A stretch of DNA of 64,000 bases from Bigelowiella natans CCMP2755 (taxonomy: Eukaryota; Protista; Cercozoa): positions 20,834 through 84,833 of the forward strand of contig ADNK01000407.1 in assembly GCA_000320545.1 (NCBI GenBank), given 5' to 3'. The stretch's first letter is position 1, and the number at the start of each line of letters is the position of its first letter. Positions 38,431 through 51,901 of the stretch are shown in pieces. The translations under genes were made by a program, and so were the position numbers. The notes below the pieces were generated by a model that worked only from the letters and a program-made list of their open reading frames with translations, was not told where the DNA came from and did not search any database.

Positions 38431-41270
38431 ATGGGAGGTACATCTGAAAACGATGGCAAAAGGTATTTTCCATCATCCTACAAATTCTGTTAAAAAGCAC
38501 TAACTTGCCTGTTCAACAATTAGTGTCGCTGCGCGACTTAGCGCCGCCGAAGCGATGAGGAAAAAGATCAACGCTATGCTGATGGCAAAAGGCGTATTGA
38601 AGAAAGGTGGGTCATCTTAATCAGCTGGACTAAATGAAACTTCGGAAACTGATGGAAGCTCTTCTAATAGGCGATACCCCGACTGCTTCGCCAACTGTAT
38701 CCAAGGAAATATCGATAAACGATTCTGCAAACCGAAATGTTCTCATGAAGAAATCTATTCACGTTATGGTCGTTTTCCTTGGAGGCATCACCATGATTAC
38801 ATTTAAAATCTCACTTTCCGCATTCTTTAGATCGAAAATCAAAGCAAAACAAAAGTAATTGTGAAAGGCACATACGTGGCTCCAGGTTGTAATTTCGAAC
38901 CTGAGATGTAGAAATTCAACTAATTCTATTTATAATTCAAGGGTCAACACCATCTCCAGGGGTCAGACCGTTATACCTGCTTCTTACAGCAACATCGCAT
39001 GAAGGTATTTGGTATCCTCTCCTCGTTCGCCTGGAATCTAATCCATTCCCCAATAGATGTCGCAAAGGCGGAAGGGATCATTAACAAGTTTATATCTGCT
39101 GGAAAACAAGAAAAGTCTGTCCCAAAGAGTTCCGATGGAGGGCTGGTGATACACTCCAAGGCTGTTAAAGAAAAGAAAAAAACACCTAGTTTTTCCACAC
39201 TCTCGCTACCAAAAAATATAGGCGCGACCTCAAAAGTTGGTGTAGAAAATGCGAAGACAAAGAAGATTCCCATCTCCTTGAGTATCTCCATGTGCAAGTT
39301 GATGGAGTACCCTCTTCTCGAGAAGCTATCCGGTCCCAACAATGCCTATTTGGATCACATCAACAAGACCTCGGGTGCGACAGTCACGATTCGAGGGGAG
39401 GGATCATCTATGTCAAGCTCCGAAAAGCTTCATTTTCATGTTTCCGCGATAAACGATTCTGTTCTGAATTCGGCGGTAAATCTGGCCGGGAATCTTCTGG
39501 AGACCATTTATCAAGACTATCGAGTGAAGACAGGCGCAGGATCTGTTCGAACGGAATCCGCTCCACCCGCTCCGACGTCGGCACCCCCTTCTTTACCACC
39601 TGGAATAATAGCTCACGGTGGTTCTCAGCCTCAACCCCCACCACATGCTCCCGCTGCTCCTGCTATGAACTACGGTGGTTATAGAGCGCCGTATTCAAAT
39701 CATCATCCTCATCAACCCCCTCCGGGATACGGCAGCTACCCACCTCCCCATGGATACAACAACAGCTATTATGGATATAATAATAATAATAATCAGCAGC
39801 AGCAGCAGCAGTACCCAGGTGCTTATGGGGGGCAGCCATATTATAGTAGTGGTGGAGGTCCCATGCCTATCCCCTCAATGCCACCAACTTCTCAATATAA
39901 CCCTGCAAGGCCGGAGTACAACCCAGCGGCGGCGGCCTCGCTTCCTTACTCTGGTCCCTCTGTGGTAGGCCCAGAGCCAAATCAAAAAACTGCTGTAAAT
40001 AGTGATAATAGCGACGAAGACGATGATGGTAGGGATAGGAACAGGAGCCGAGACAGAAGAAGAGATAGGGACGACCGCAGGCGGAGAAGTGAGTCCCCAC
40101 CTAGACGTAAGCGGTTCTCTGAGGGTCCAGTAAAGAGGAAGTTTGAGGAAGATGACGAATCATCTGATGGCGACGATTCGCCGAAAAGAAAACGCTCTTT
40201 CCGCGAGGAACCCCGAAAGGTTGCGGATCTGCGGTGTTTGTTAAATGAAGTCGTTCTTGTACATTGTGTGATTGACCTTTATTGCCGCCGTCGAAGATTG
40301 GAAAGAAATTTAGGGAGATCGGAACCGATGGTTTCACTCAAATACAACAATTGCTGTGTCTGGAAATATGACCACGATCTAGTTATTATTTTGCAATGTG
40401 TGTGGGTGTGTGGGTGTGTGTGATTCGTTGCACATACAATATCTAATTTCATTAAATAATTGGATTAATCTCACTGAAATTCGTATACATACTACTACAC
40501 CGTCAGCATCTTCGGTAACTCTCTTCCGTTGTTGATGTCATGCTAACACCATACTTTGCATCATAAATTTATAACACTCAGAGACCGGCATTTTCGGAAG
40601 AATCGAAGGTGTTTTTGGCGCAAATAATCATTTTGTGTTTTATTGATTGAATTCAGGAATGCCTTTACGAATTCGTATTCTATGAAGGGTTTAAAATTAT
40701 AGTTAGATTTTGATCGCGAAACTAAAGAAATGATGCCCAAAATTTAAATGTGTTTTTAAGTCCGATTCAGGAGAGAAGAAATTTAAGTTCACTTCACCTC
40801 CTCCACCGCCACCTTGTCTCGACACCCCTCCTCCTCCGCCCCCAATCCATGAAGAGAAAGTTGAGCCAGAATCTTTGGGTCAACGTGTTAACAATATGGA
40901 TAAAGGTACGGATACGAAATTCAAATTACTTCGTGGCTTATGGTCGCTTTGTTCAGATGAGTGGGTGTCGACGGGATTGGGAAGGTTAGTAAATTATGGC
41001 GATAGTGATAGCGAACAAGAGGATGTAGAAGTTGTTTTGCTTGATAAAGACGGGGAGAAATGGCGTCAAAAGAAGCCAAAAAAGGGAGCAAGAAAGAGTG
41101 TTTCGTTTTTATCACACACCGTGGCTTACAAAGCACTGCGTGCATCCGGAAAATCCATCGATGAATCTGCTGAAGAGGCTCTGAGAGAATTGAGCCCAGC
41201 AGACAGGCAAAGGATCCCACCAATCACAAACACTGTCAAAGAATCCGGAGTCAAATTTTGGATGCAATGA
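38431..41270 (+). CDS. KHDC4: KH-domain splicing factor KHDC4/BLOM7/RIK-like
   Basis: KINAMLMAKGVLK, KEISINDSANRNVL...KVIVKGTY...RPLYLLL (KH1), LLEKLSGPNNAYLDHINKTSGATVTIRGEGS...AVNLAGNLLETI (KH2), Pro/Tyr-rich and RD/RS regions, LVNYGDSDSE and C-terminal FWMQ*. Confidence 0.85.
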
Positions 41271-41345
41271 TGACTTATGTTGTGTTTTTGGACTTGCGTG
41301 TTATACAGCTTGGTGTTTAAGATCGAATGATTATACGCAAACACA

Positions 41346-41390
<45 letters not shown>

Positions 41391-41429
41391 CAAATTTATG
41401 TATGTTGTTTCTATTTGGTATATCATGCC

Positions 41430-42200
41430 ATTGCCTGCACTAGCTAGTGCATTTCGATGCGCAGCTTATGGCAGCATCAAAACGCTTTGATCCCAGCCAG
41501 ACTAGCAGAGCTGCGACAAATCTATGCAGGGAGTTAGCGCGCATGTGCAGCTGCGCATGCGTCTACAACAATACGATACGATATAGCATGTAGCAGACGC
41601 AAATCTAGACTGCTGGCATGTGTAAAGAGTGCTTGTGTAAGTTGTTAGCTGACGACGCTACGTGCGTTCTAGCGTTGTCCGACATGCTGCGCGGTCTAGC
41701 TAGCTAGCGCTGCATGTTGCACATGCTACGTGGCTAGCATGTACTTCTACGTGCACATCTAGAGAAGCATCTAGAGATGTGCACTAGCTAACTAGATACA
41801 GCGCATGTTGTCAGCAATGCAATTGTGAGGAAACGCAATGAAGATGTTTAGATGTGCGTCAGTCGCGCTAGGCATTGTAGCATATACGTACAACAAGACA
41901 GCCTACGGCTAGCTAGACCCAAATGGGCCTAGCTAGCTAGCTAGCTAGCGAGTAGCGAGCGAATGGTTGTTGCCTAGTTCTAGAGTTGCAAGTGTCGAAC
42001 GCTAGAAACAGGCATACTAGCATACGTTAAACGTACGCTAGCACGACACCAGAGGCCTGCCTGCAAGGTGCTGCCCAGCTAGCCAGTCTACAAAAAATAA
42101 CATGCTGTGCCACCAATTGTATTTGTATATTCATTGCAGAAACGAAAAAGCACAACATAAGCTAGATAAGCGCTGAAACCGCTGCTCTGCATAGCTACAT
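41430..42200. other. CTAG/CATG-rich intergenic tract between convergent genes
   Basis: (CTAG)5 at ~41928, (CTAG)3 at ~41696, inverted repeat gtgcacatct...agatgtgcac at 41751-41784. Confidence 0.75.
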
Positions 42201-42536
42201 TAGGATGACTATTAAAAAACTGTAATAATTTCATTACATCCGTCTCATATTTATTCTGAGTACATTATAGATTACATTGCAAAACACGAATCTAGAAACA
42301 ATTTACGTCGGTTCTGTTACGAATTTCTGAAACACTATGTACTTAGTTAAAAATGTAGACAGTAGAACATTGTTATCCTACTGTTCGTGGATCGAAGTAC
42401 AAGTAGATGCAAGGATTGAGCGATCGAACATTCACGGTAAGCTCATGGAAACGTCAATTAACCGACGGGACCGACAACAATATAGTTATCCTGGAATGAT
42501 CAAACGAGGCTAATTCGCTCTCTAAAGTCGCCTACA

Positions 42537-45500
42537 TTACGTCTTTTCCTTAGAATTCTCTATAGCATTGCTTAGTTTTTCAAATTCATTAGTGAAAGAC
42601 TCAATTGTGCTTTTTTTTTCTTCCTCCTTTTTCTCTTCCTCCTTTTTCTCTTCCTCGGTTTTACCAAAACTTATCCCGAGTTCTTCATATCTAGAATCTT
42701 GCCCTTTCAAATCGATATCATTGGTTGATTCATGCTTTTGGTCATCTTGAACTTTGTCTGGCTCAGATATTGTAGGATTTGCACGTTCCAAGGGTATAGA
42801 GTGCTGCAACAGAGACTTCATTGTTTGGTGCAATGTGCTAAACTTAGGATCCTCCTCAATATTTTTCATCTCAAGAAAACTTCGTAGCTGTTCCTGCCAT
42901 GCCAATATTTTTAATCTCTGGTCTAGAATGGTAGTATCCTTATCTCCAACAGCCCCCCGAAGGCTTTGGTTCAATATCTTCAGGTGTGACACTTCTCGAG
43001 TCAACTCCGAGATACTGTCTCCCGTTACCTTCTCTGTTGCATGAGCACTTGTTTCCACCTCGTGCAAGCGTTCTCGAGAGGAAGCTACCAGCAACTCTAA
43101 ATCTCCAATTTCACGTTCTCGGGAGCGACGTTGTTCCAATAGATTGTCATTCTTAAGTTGGAAACTAGAGAGCAAGCCTTGAAGTTTTCGAATCTCGTCA
43201 TCCTTGCTTGCAATCATTCTCTGATAGCGAAATTGAGATTCTTTGAGTTGTATAGCTGCATTCCTAGACCCCGCAACTTCAGTTCCAAGGTTCTGTCTAT
43301 CTCTTTGTAGGGCATGAATTTGCTGGGTTCTTCTCCGCAATGATTGCGTAAGGGTCTCACGCTCTGCTTCATATCCCTTGATCTCCAAGAGAAGCTTTTG
43401 AATTTGACGCTGATTAGATTGAAGCTGCAAGTGAAGCTGCTTAAGATGTTGAGCATTAGACGTGAGATTCGTTGAAAGTTTAACTCTCAGTTTTTCAGAT
43501 TCTTCCACGGCCCTTTTCAAACGTTGATTTTCAAAGCAGGCAGCCTTATAGGCTGATATTATGTCCTGTATTTCACGTTCCTTTGCTTTCAATCTCTGTT
43601 CCAAAATCGCTTGGTTAGCCATTGTTGCGGTGCATTTTTTGGCTATCTGTCTTTCGTGTATCCGCATGGTACGCACTTGTTCATTTAGTAGCTGATTCTC
43701 CTTAGTCATATTGTTCAGATCTCCCATTCTTGTTGTTAATTCACGCTGGTATAAATTAATCTTCTCTTCTCTTTGTGCAAGCGAAACTCGGGAGCCATTG
43801 ATCTGCATCTGTGCTTGCTTCAACTCAGCTTCCTTGAGGTTAAGATCGCGAGAGAGCCTGCTGCACTTGGCTGCTATCTTCTGGAGGCGATCTTGCACAT
43901 TGTGGCTTTCACCAACCTGTTTCTCACTTGATTTCTTCATCGTTTGTAGAATTTCCTCTTTTGAATCTAACTTGTTTTGGAGGTTGTCCCGTTCCTCATC
44001 AAGAGTTTTCAACAGCACGCTTAAACGGTGTGATTCTTTCTCACTAGTTTCTTTATCTTTGAGTGCCTGGTTCTATAAAATATTAGAGGATTAGATTGGG
44101 TATCTATTATTATGTGAAAAGTGCATATATTGGTATTACCCGTTCGCTACTTAATGCATCGAGTTTCCCTTCAAGAGATTGAATGAGCTGATTCCTATTA
44201 TTTAGACTTTGAGACATCTCATCCCTCGAAGCTGCGTTTCTACGACAAAGAAGATCGAGCTCATCTATCCGCTCCTGCAGTTGGGCTGTTTTCCTAAGTT
44301 CACTTTTAAGCTTTGACTCGGACTTAAGCAAATTCGATTCCAAAAGTTGACGCTCTACAAAAAGTAATTCTTAATTAGAAATAACAAAATTTGTTTTGTG
44401 AGCAATGTTTTAACACCTGTTTTAGTTTCTCTGAAAGTGATTTCAGCATCTAAGCGCTTTTCCGAGAGTTGAGTTCCAATTTGCTTCAGTTTTTTCTGGG
44501 CTTCCTCAAGCTCTTCCTCTCGACTTTCAGACTTTAACTTTATTAATCGAATTTTTGATTCCTGGTCGGAAATTATCTTGGTAAGCTCCTCAACCTTGTC
44601 AACATACCTATCTCGTTCTTCTCTCAAGCTCTTAATTTCCTCGTCCGTTTCACTACGAGTCTTGTTTTCATCATGCTGCTCTTTGAATAGCAACTCAGCC
44701 GACTTATTTTTCAACTCATGCCGCAATTTCTCTTTTTCCTTCGTAACAGACTTCACGCGCTCATTGATTTCATTTATCTGTTGCTGGCACATTTGAAGAT
44801 GTCGTAAGAGTTTCTTATTGTCTTCAATCTTTGCAGAGAGTAGTTTACCAATTTTTTCTTCAGCTTCTTTCAAACCTATCAATGTAACATCTTTCTCTTT
44901 TAAAGTTTCATTCAAGCCTTTATTAAAATTTTTTAGCTCTTCAACGGTAGACTTTAGGACAAGAGAGTCCGCTTTAACTTTTTCTGCATTTGCCACTTTT
45001 ATTTCCAGTTCCTCACTTTTCCTCAAAAGTTCTTCGTGATCGGAGAGCAACTTGGTAAATCTCAATTTTTCGCCGTTCAGTTGTCTGCTTACAGTCTCAA
45101 AATCGTCCATCACTCTCTTCTGCGCTTCTTCATGTACTACTTTAGCAGTCTCGTGGCCAGAGAGAATTTTGTTGTAATTTTCAAGATGCTTTCTAGCTTG
45201 AGTCTCATGAAATTTCTTTTCGCTTTCGACCATAGCAATTCTACTCTCCAGCTGTTTCTTCTCTAGGTTTGCTCGCACCAACCTGTGGTCCAGATTATTC
45301 ACCAAAGAGTCCTTTTCCTCAATTTTGGAGAGAGTTTCAGAAAATTTATTTTGAACCGCATCTACATTGGACGTCATCTTTCTCATCTGCTCAGAGAGTT
45401 CACTGATCGTCTCTTCTTTTTCCTGCAGACTCTTCCTCAAACGCTGGACTTCTTTTCTATTCGCCGCACGCTCTTCTTCTATCTGGTTTACTAAGGACTC

Positions 45501-46448
45501 AATTTCACCTCCGCTCTTTTCAATGCTTTCAGTAAGTCTCTAAAAATACAAATAAATATGTGAGATTTTTAACAAGGTGATGTGCTTTTGATGTGAAAAT
45601 AAATTAAATATTTTAGTGTTTGTTACCGCATTTTGTTTTTGAAGCATTTGAATTTCATTTTCTTCTTCCCTGCTTCGCTTTAAACTTTCTTGGCGTTCCA
45701 AAAGCTCTTCTTCAAACTCTTGCTTTGCACCATTCAAGACATCGATTTGATCATGAAGCTTTTTAATTTCAAATTCTTTCTCATTAATCATGTTCTCCGC
45801 GGCAATTCTGTCCCAATTTCTCTCAGTCTCAAGAATTTCGGCCAGCCTTTTTATTTCTTCTTGTCGAAGCAATATTCTTTTTTGTTGTATCTCGTTCTCA
45901 TTACTCAAACGAAGGTTTTGAGTTTTCTCAGCTGCAAGCGTATGCTCCAAAGCCGCGACCCGATCCTGGAGGGAGTTGATGAGGGAAAATTCTTCGCTCC
46001 TTTTTTTAATCTTTTCTTCAGAAGCAGCCCTTATATTGCCAATGGTCGGTTTCTTATCAAGCAAGTTGGAAACGACTATTTCTGGTTTCTGTGCGTCACA
46101 GCCTGTCTTCGATATTGTTTCTAACCGCGAGAGTTGCTGACGCATTTTCTCATTTTCCTTCTCTTTTTCTTTGAAGCTCTTTGTTCTGCTCTTCAAAACA
46201 AAGGTGATTGTCATAAGCTGTTCCTTCAACTTTCTGTTTTTCTCCTTCATGATCCTAATCTCATCCTCGTTATTCTCATTTGCTTCCAAAATTCGTAACT
46301 GAAGAGAGTTGTTTGTCGCCAATAATCTTTGATTCTCACGCCGAACCGCAGACAAATGAGATCCAAAGGTTCCATATTTCTCTTTCTTTTGAGAGGCTCT
46401 GTCAATTTCGGTAGAGGGATGAACGGACTCGCTCGGTCCACCCGCCAT
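42537..46448 (-). CDS. CEP135: Centriole cartwheel coiled-coil protein CEP135/BLD10-like
   Basis: About 1250 aa of coiled coil over 4 large exons with motifs VRRENQRLLATNNSL, LRQEEIKRLAEILE, DLNNMTKENQLL and EQRLKAKEREIQDIISAYK resembling CEP135/BLD10 blocks. Confidence 0.75.
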
Positions 46449-46696
46449 GGTAGGGGTTCGGGGCGAGTTATGTTCTCTAACACAAACCTGCTCCCGCGAT
46501 TTTTCCAGGACATAACGCTCTGCATTCAATCACTGCGACAAGACGGTATAGACGCAAAATTTAAAAAAATCAAATGTGTAAGTTCTGCGACAAGCCAAAT
46601 CGGACGTGTGGTTTTGTGTTAATTTGAGTCGTATTTCATGTGATTTGTGTAAGACGACAAGCACAGCACCCGCAATCCCCATCTCCTCGGCTGCTC

Positions 46697-47253
46697 ATGG
46701 AGCCTGCAACAGCTACTGAACTGATCTTCCGTGAAAAGGTGAGCTAAGTCCGACCAATCAATGAACTTCCACCTCTAAAGGCGTTGCGTGTAGGTTCTTA
46801 GTTGGAAACAGGAACAGGACGATTGGCTGGCGAAGGTGGGATAATACTATAAAAGATTGACTCGCCAGTCGAATTGGTTTTAACAAATAATCTCTTCCGA
46901 AGAAATTGGCTTCCAAGAAACGAAAGCAAAGGAAAAGGGATGCGAATATCGTTGAACGTGTTGATAGATCTCGACAACAGAAAAGTTCAGTGAAAGTTGG
47001 AGCCACAGCGAATGTCCATGCCTTCGGAAACAGCATAGCAGTAGTACGTTTACACTTCGAAGCACGCCATAGAAGTAGTACGTTACATTTCGAAACATGT
47101 CATGTTGGTGGCTGAACGAGGAGGAGAAGGAGGAGGAGGAGGGGGAACACAGTGTACTTGCAATGGACCCCATTCTGATATGTTCATGTTCGGTTAGTGG
47201 GAAAGTGATGATGTAGCTGGATACGGAGGCACATTGTGGGCGCAGGTTCTTTC

Positions 47254-47300
<47 letters not shown>

Positions 47301-48736
47301 TATACCGAGGCGGACGTGTATCTATCTGAGACTTGTTGGAATGTTCAGGCATGCGGGTTGACTCAGTTCATTTTTGATCCAAGCAACCATTTCAAGGGGA
47401 TGAAAAGTAGGAAATACTAGAACTCTTATATATTATCAATGTAGCTTCTGGTCTCATGATAATGCACTGTTTGCCTATGCACTGGTCATCACAATAACGA
47501 AGTCATCGAGCTTGGTGCAGGATTAGGGCTTGTAGCCATTGCGGCAGCACAGCAAGGTTATATTGAGTTTTCCTTCAATCACATTTTGCAAAAACACACG
47601 TATGTACTTGCTGCAATCATTAGGGGCAGACGTCACGTGCACTGACCGGCAGTTGGAAGCTCTTGAATTAGCACAACTTAACGCTGAAAGGAACAGGTTG
47701 CATCTTTACAGACGAGCGTGTATGCACTTCGAGTCATTCAATTTATACATTATATATATATATATATATATATTTACATATATTTATTTATTTATTTCCT
47801 CCATACAGGGTGGCCATCGCTTGCCGGCCTATCGATTGGGCTAACGCCAATCACAGAGAGGTACGTATGAAAAACTGACGACCCAAAAAGGAATTAACCA
47901 ATGTTGGAGTGTGTATATTTTCCTTAGTATCTGAGAAGTGAGCATTGGGACGTTGTGCTAGGTTGTATCATTCAGATAAAAAATGACGCATGAGCATGAG
48001 ATGATTGACGAATAAATGCCATAGGTGCAGCGGTGATATACCACATTGACATGATTAGCCCTCTACTGCAAACAATTAAAGGTGAATTTCCTACCACACA
48101 AGCAGCACGCGACTTTCAAACTACACGCCATATCTGAGTGGAATTGTGAAGAGTAATATATCTGAACAGCCTCCCTTTTACCTCCTCGGGAACATGAAGA
48201 TGATGTGAAACGAAGGAAATATGCTGACGACGGGCACAGCAGTTCTTGTCGGAAAGAAAGCGGGTATGAAAACTGGAGCCAATGCCTGCCCGTGGCCTTG
48301 ATAACTTGCGGAAACGAAATGACCAGAGAAGGTAGCTGCGAATAACACATGGCAAGTGGTGGCATGAAAATGATGCTAAGCTTGAGAACCTTATCAGTGA
48401 TGTTCTGTGAAGAAGCAAAGAAGCAAGGTCTGGCAGTCAGGATTATAACGGTGCGTTGGTTTGAAGTTGAAGGGGAAACGGACTGCATGGTTGGGATTGT
48501 GAAGTTGATACGATCGTTTTATTTTCTTTTATCAGTACTCATCCTTGGATTCTGAATTTGGTCTACGAACGGCGAGCCCAGACGGGAAGAGCTACACAGG
48601 CGAAGATAACAAACGAAAAGATGGCGATTCAAGAGAACTTAGAGTTTTCATAATTACGCTACATGAGATGCAAGCAAGCAACAGTAGCAAATTGCGTGTG
48701 AATGGCTCCCGTAAAGATTGCTGCACTTTGTGCTAA
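46697..48736 (+). CDS. SAM-dependent protein methyltransferase, METTL21/Methyltransf_16 family
   Basis: GYGGTLWA, VIELGAGLGLVAIAAA, GADVTCTDR, IDW, WDVVLG|AAVIY motifs in successive exons. Confidence 0.85.
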
Positions 48737-48779
48737 TACAACGCCTGATTAATTATTGAACATCATAAAATGTTCATAC

Positions 48780-49080
48780 TGCGCAGGAAATGAAGGCGCA
48801 GCGCGTAGGTATTTCGTCGTATCCGCGCGCTGGCGTGCGCACACACACGATCTATAGACGATGCGTGGTTACTAGCCCTGGCTAGATGTCACGCGTAACA
48901 TCATTCATATGAATGGATGCTGCAGCAACATTATATTGCCACAATTGCATCATACGACAGACAGAATTGCAGTATGTACGCATAGCTTCTGTAATTGTGA
49001 GGCAAGTAGATGCAGCTTGGCAAATTGCATAATTTGCCTCGCGCACTTATTGAGCAGCTCAGCATTCTGAATTCAACGCA
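48780..49080. other. Short palindrome-rich intergenic tract between convergent genes
   Basis: gcgcgc, tgca, aatt and ctag enrichment; weaker than the other tracts. Confidence 0.4.
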
Positions 49081-49212
49081 AATCTTTCTAACGTAAGTGT
49101 TTTCGGGTGTCGACTCGTTTGTACTAATTATATATTCGAAGCAAGCAGAGCATAAATTTGTGCTCTACTAACACCGCAACTCCGTCGCCATAATCTCAAC
49201 GTATCTATCGAA

Positions 49213-51812
49213 TCACCATCTTGCAGAAAGAATCATATAGTGAAGATAAATAAGGATAAGAAATAGAAGCGACCTTGCGTAAAACCGATTACGTTCCCCG
49301 GTGCGATTCCACAAGGAAAAATGCTTTACCATGTATGTTCCCTAATGATAACATTTATCAGTACTACGAAATATCCACGATGACAATGGCTTGTGACCTC
49401 GAGTTTGTAACCCAGCTTTGCATAATATTGTCTCGTTCCGATTCCAGCAATAACTGCTATCTTACGATATCCTGCTTTCACCGAAATCTGCAAAATAGAA
49501 TGGAATTACTCCATATCAGAAAAGTGTTGAAAGTAAGGTCGCGTAAAATGCTACGCAACAATACCTACTTCCTCATTCGTGATGTGCGACAACTAGGTGC
49601 TGGCACCAATACTACAACTACACTGCTACTACCACCATACCTGTTCTGCCCGCAGCATCAATCTGGAACCAAAACCAATGTGCTGGGCCTTTTCCTTGTC
49701 ATCGTCGTTACCGTTTCTGCCAACGCCTTTTTGAAGCTGCCCCCGGCGTCTATCACCCACGGGGCGCATCTTTCCATAAACGTGCAATTCGCGCACCAAG
49801 GCTGAACGAAGTGAAGAGGATAGCAAGGAGAGGGAACGCAGTCGAAGACGATGAATATGGATGTTGTTGATTCTTCATGGAATACGCACTATACTCGCTT
49901 GCGAAGCATAGCCCGCTCATCATCAATAATTGGCACAAGTACCGCCACCATTGCTGCTGCTATTTGTTGTCACCGCTGTGTACCAATGTCAGCGCGTGCG
50001 CACATCCATCACCTGCGCCTTGTATCTCTGGGATCTTGCACTCCACGCCCGCTAGCTTCGACAAACGCAATCGGCAGAACCCGTATATAGTTCTCTTGTC
50101 GTTGCTCTCAAAAGAGATGAAAATCTCTCTGTCGTAAAGATAAGGAAGAAGTATGTGTACTTCAGGTCATATTGGTCTCTACTGGATGGAAAGGAATGAC
50201 GATGGTATGTGCCCAAAATGGCTGGGGTCGGCGCGACAGGCTCACGATCACCGGTTTCAGCATACCCACAGTTGCAGCAGCAACGACGCACATAACACAT
50301 ATATGATACTCATTGCACACAGACAACATGTATCATTTCCTCCTTCACACACCGTGCTCCTGACGATTTATATTCCCTTTGAACCAACACGTGATCTGTA
50401 TAGCTGCCTTTCCTGTGCAAGATAAAGAAAGGAGAGAAGGAGGAAGAGGATGAGAAGAGAAGAAGAAGAAGAAGAAGAAGAAGAGTATTTCCCCCTCTCT
50501 CTTCTTTGCCCCCCCCACCCCTTATATGGCTTGGCAGAACGATTATGATGGCATGATGATGATTCTTGTTCTTTCTCCTTACTTGTCACGCACTTCGCGG
50601 CAACGAATGCAATGGCACTGGATGCCCATCCTCCGCATGCGCTCAAGTATAATCTGAGTGTTTCATCGCAATCATTATCATCATCATCATCATCATCATC
50701 ATGATCGCTATCAGGAACAGCGCGGAGGTGCATCTTCATCGGTTGTTCGACATTCAACTGAAGCACCTGATTCGTCGTTATTATTTTCCTTATTTGTATT
50801 GTATATGTAAATAGTGGCTAACCGAAAACAACAACAACAACAACAACAACCTGCCTCAAATTCGTCACCGGGTTCCCAGCAAGAATGTACCTACACAATA
50901 ATATGAGAGATCATCATTCCTCCTACCCAGTCTTGGTGGGTACGCAACTCTCTGGCAAGGTAGCAGGAGTGTATCGTTGTTTGTTATTACTACTAGCAGC
51001 AATCTATTTTGTTGGGTCATCGCCGGGGCTGCTGCTGCTGCTGCTGCTGGAAACACTGATGATTCTGTTCCTGCGGCACTACGAAATGCCGCGCAGTCGC
51101 AGGAAAAGATCGGTCTCAAGTGTTTTCATCGTGAATATTCCCAAGAAGATCCTGCTTATTTTGTAGATCGTCGTCGCCGTGGCATCATTTAAAAGAAACG
51201 GTTGTTTATTTTGCTGTGCTGGTTAATTCGCTCATTCGTTGATTGTATTTGATTGGCTGTCGGTGGAAGTACTGAACTGATTGGGAATGTCGCGAATGAC
51301 ACGATTAAGGCGTATCCAAGGATGAACCTGCCGTTTCACCTGCCCAGCAGTAGTAGCAGTGGTAGTAGTAAGCTGGTGTGTTTGGTAGTAGTAGTAGTAG
51401 TAGTGGAAGTGCGAATAACGTATGCGGATTGACCGGACTCTTCTACCTTGAGCAGCAAATCCGCAAGGACTTCGTTCGAATATGGCACATGTTTGCCTTC
51501 CTTGGCCCACTGATATATGATACACTCCGATGAGAAATAAATAATGCAACAGCAACAGCAGCAGCAGCAGCAGCAGCTGGGAGTGCTGGATGAAGCGTTT
51601 GGTTCATTGTGAGAAGTTCGTCTCCTTGTAATGCAACTTACTTGCTGCGGTGTTGCTTACAGAGGAGATAGTAGATAGATGATGGTAAACAGACGACGGC
51701 GGCACACACCCATGATCATGAGGGAGGAGGACAGGCAAATTGAAAGTATATCTACTACCGATTATTTGTATTACTACTATCACGACTGACTGCTCTTCTT
51801 ATCGCCCCTCAC

Positions 51813-51901
<89 letters not shown>

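Noticed and set aside
42568-46124. Plus-strand Ser/Phe/Leu-rich ORFs
   Set aside because: Antisense shadows of the coiled-coil CEP135-like exons.
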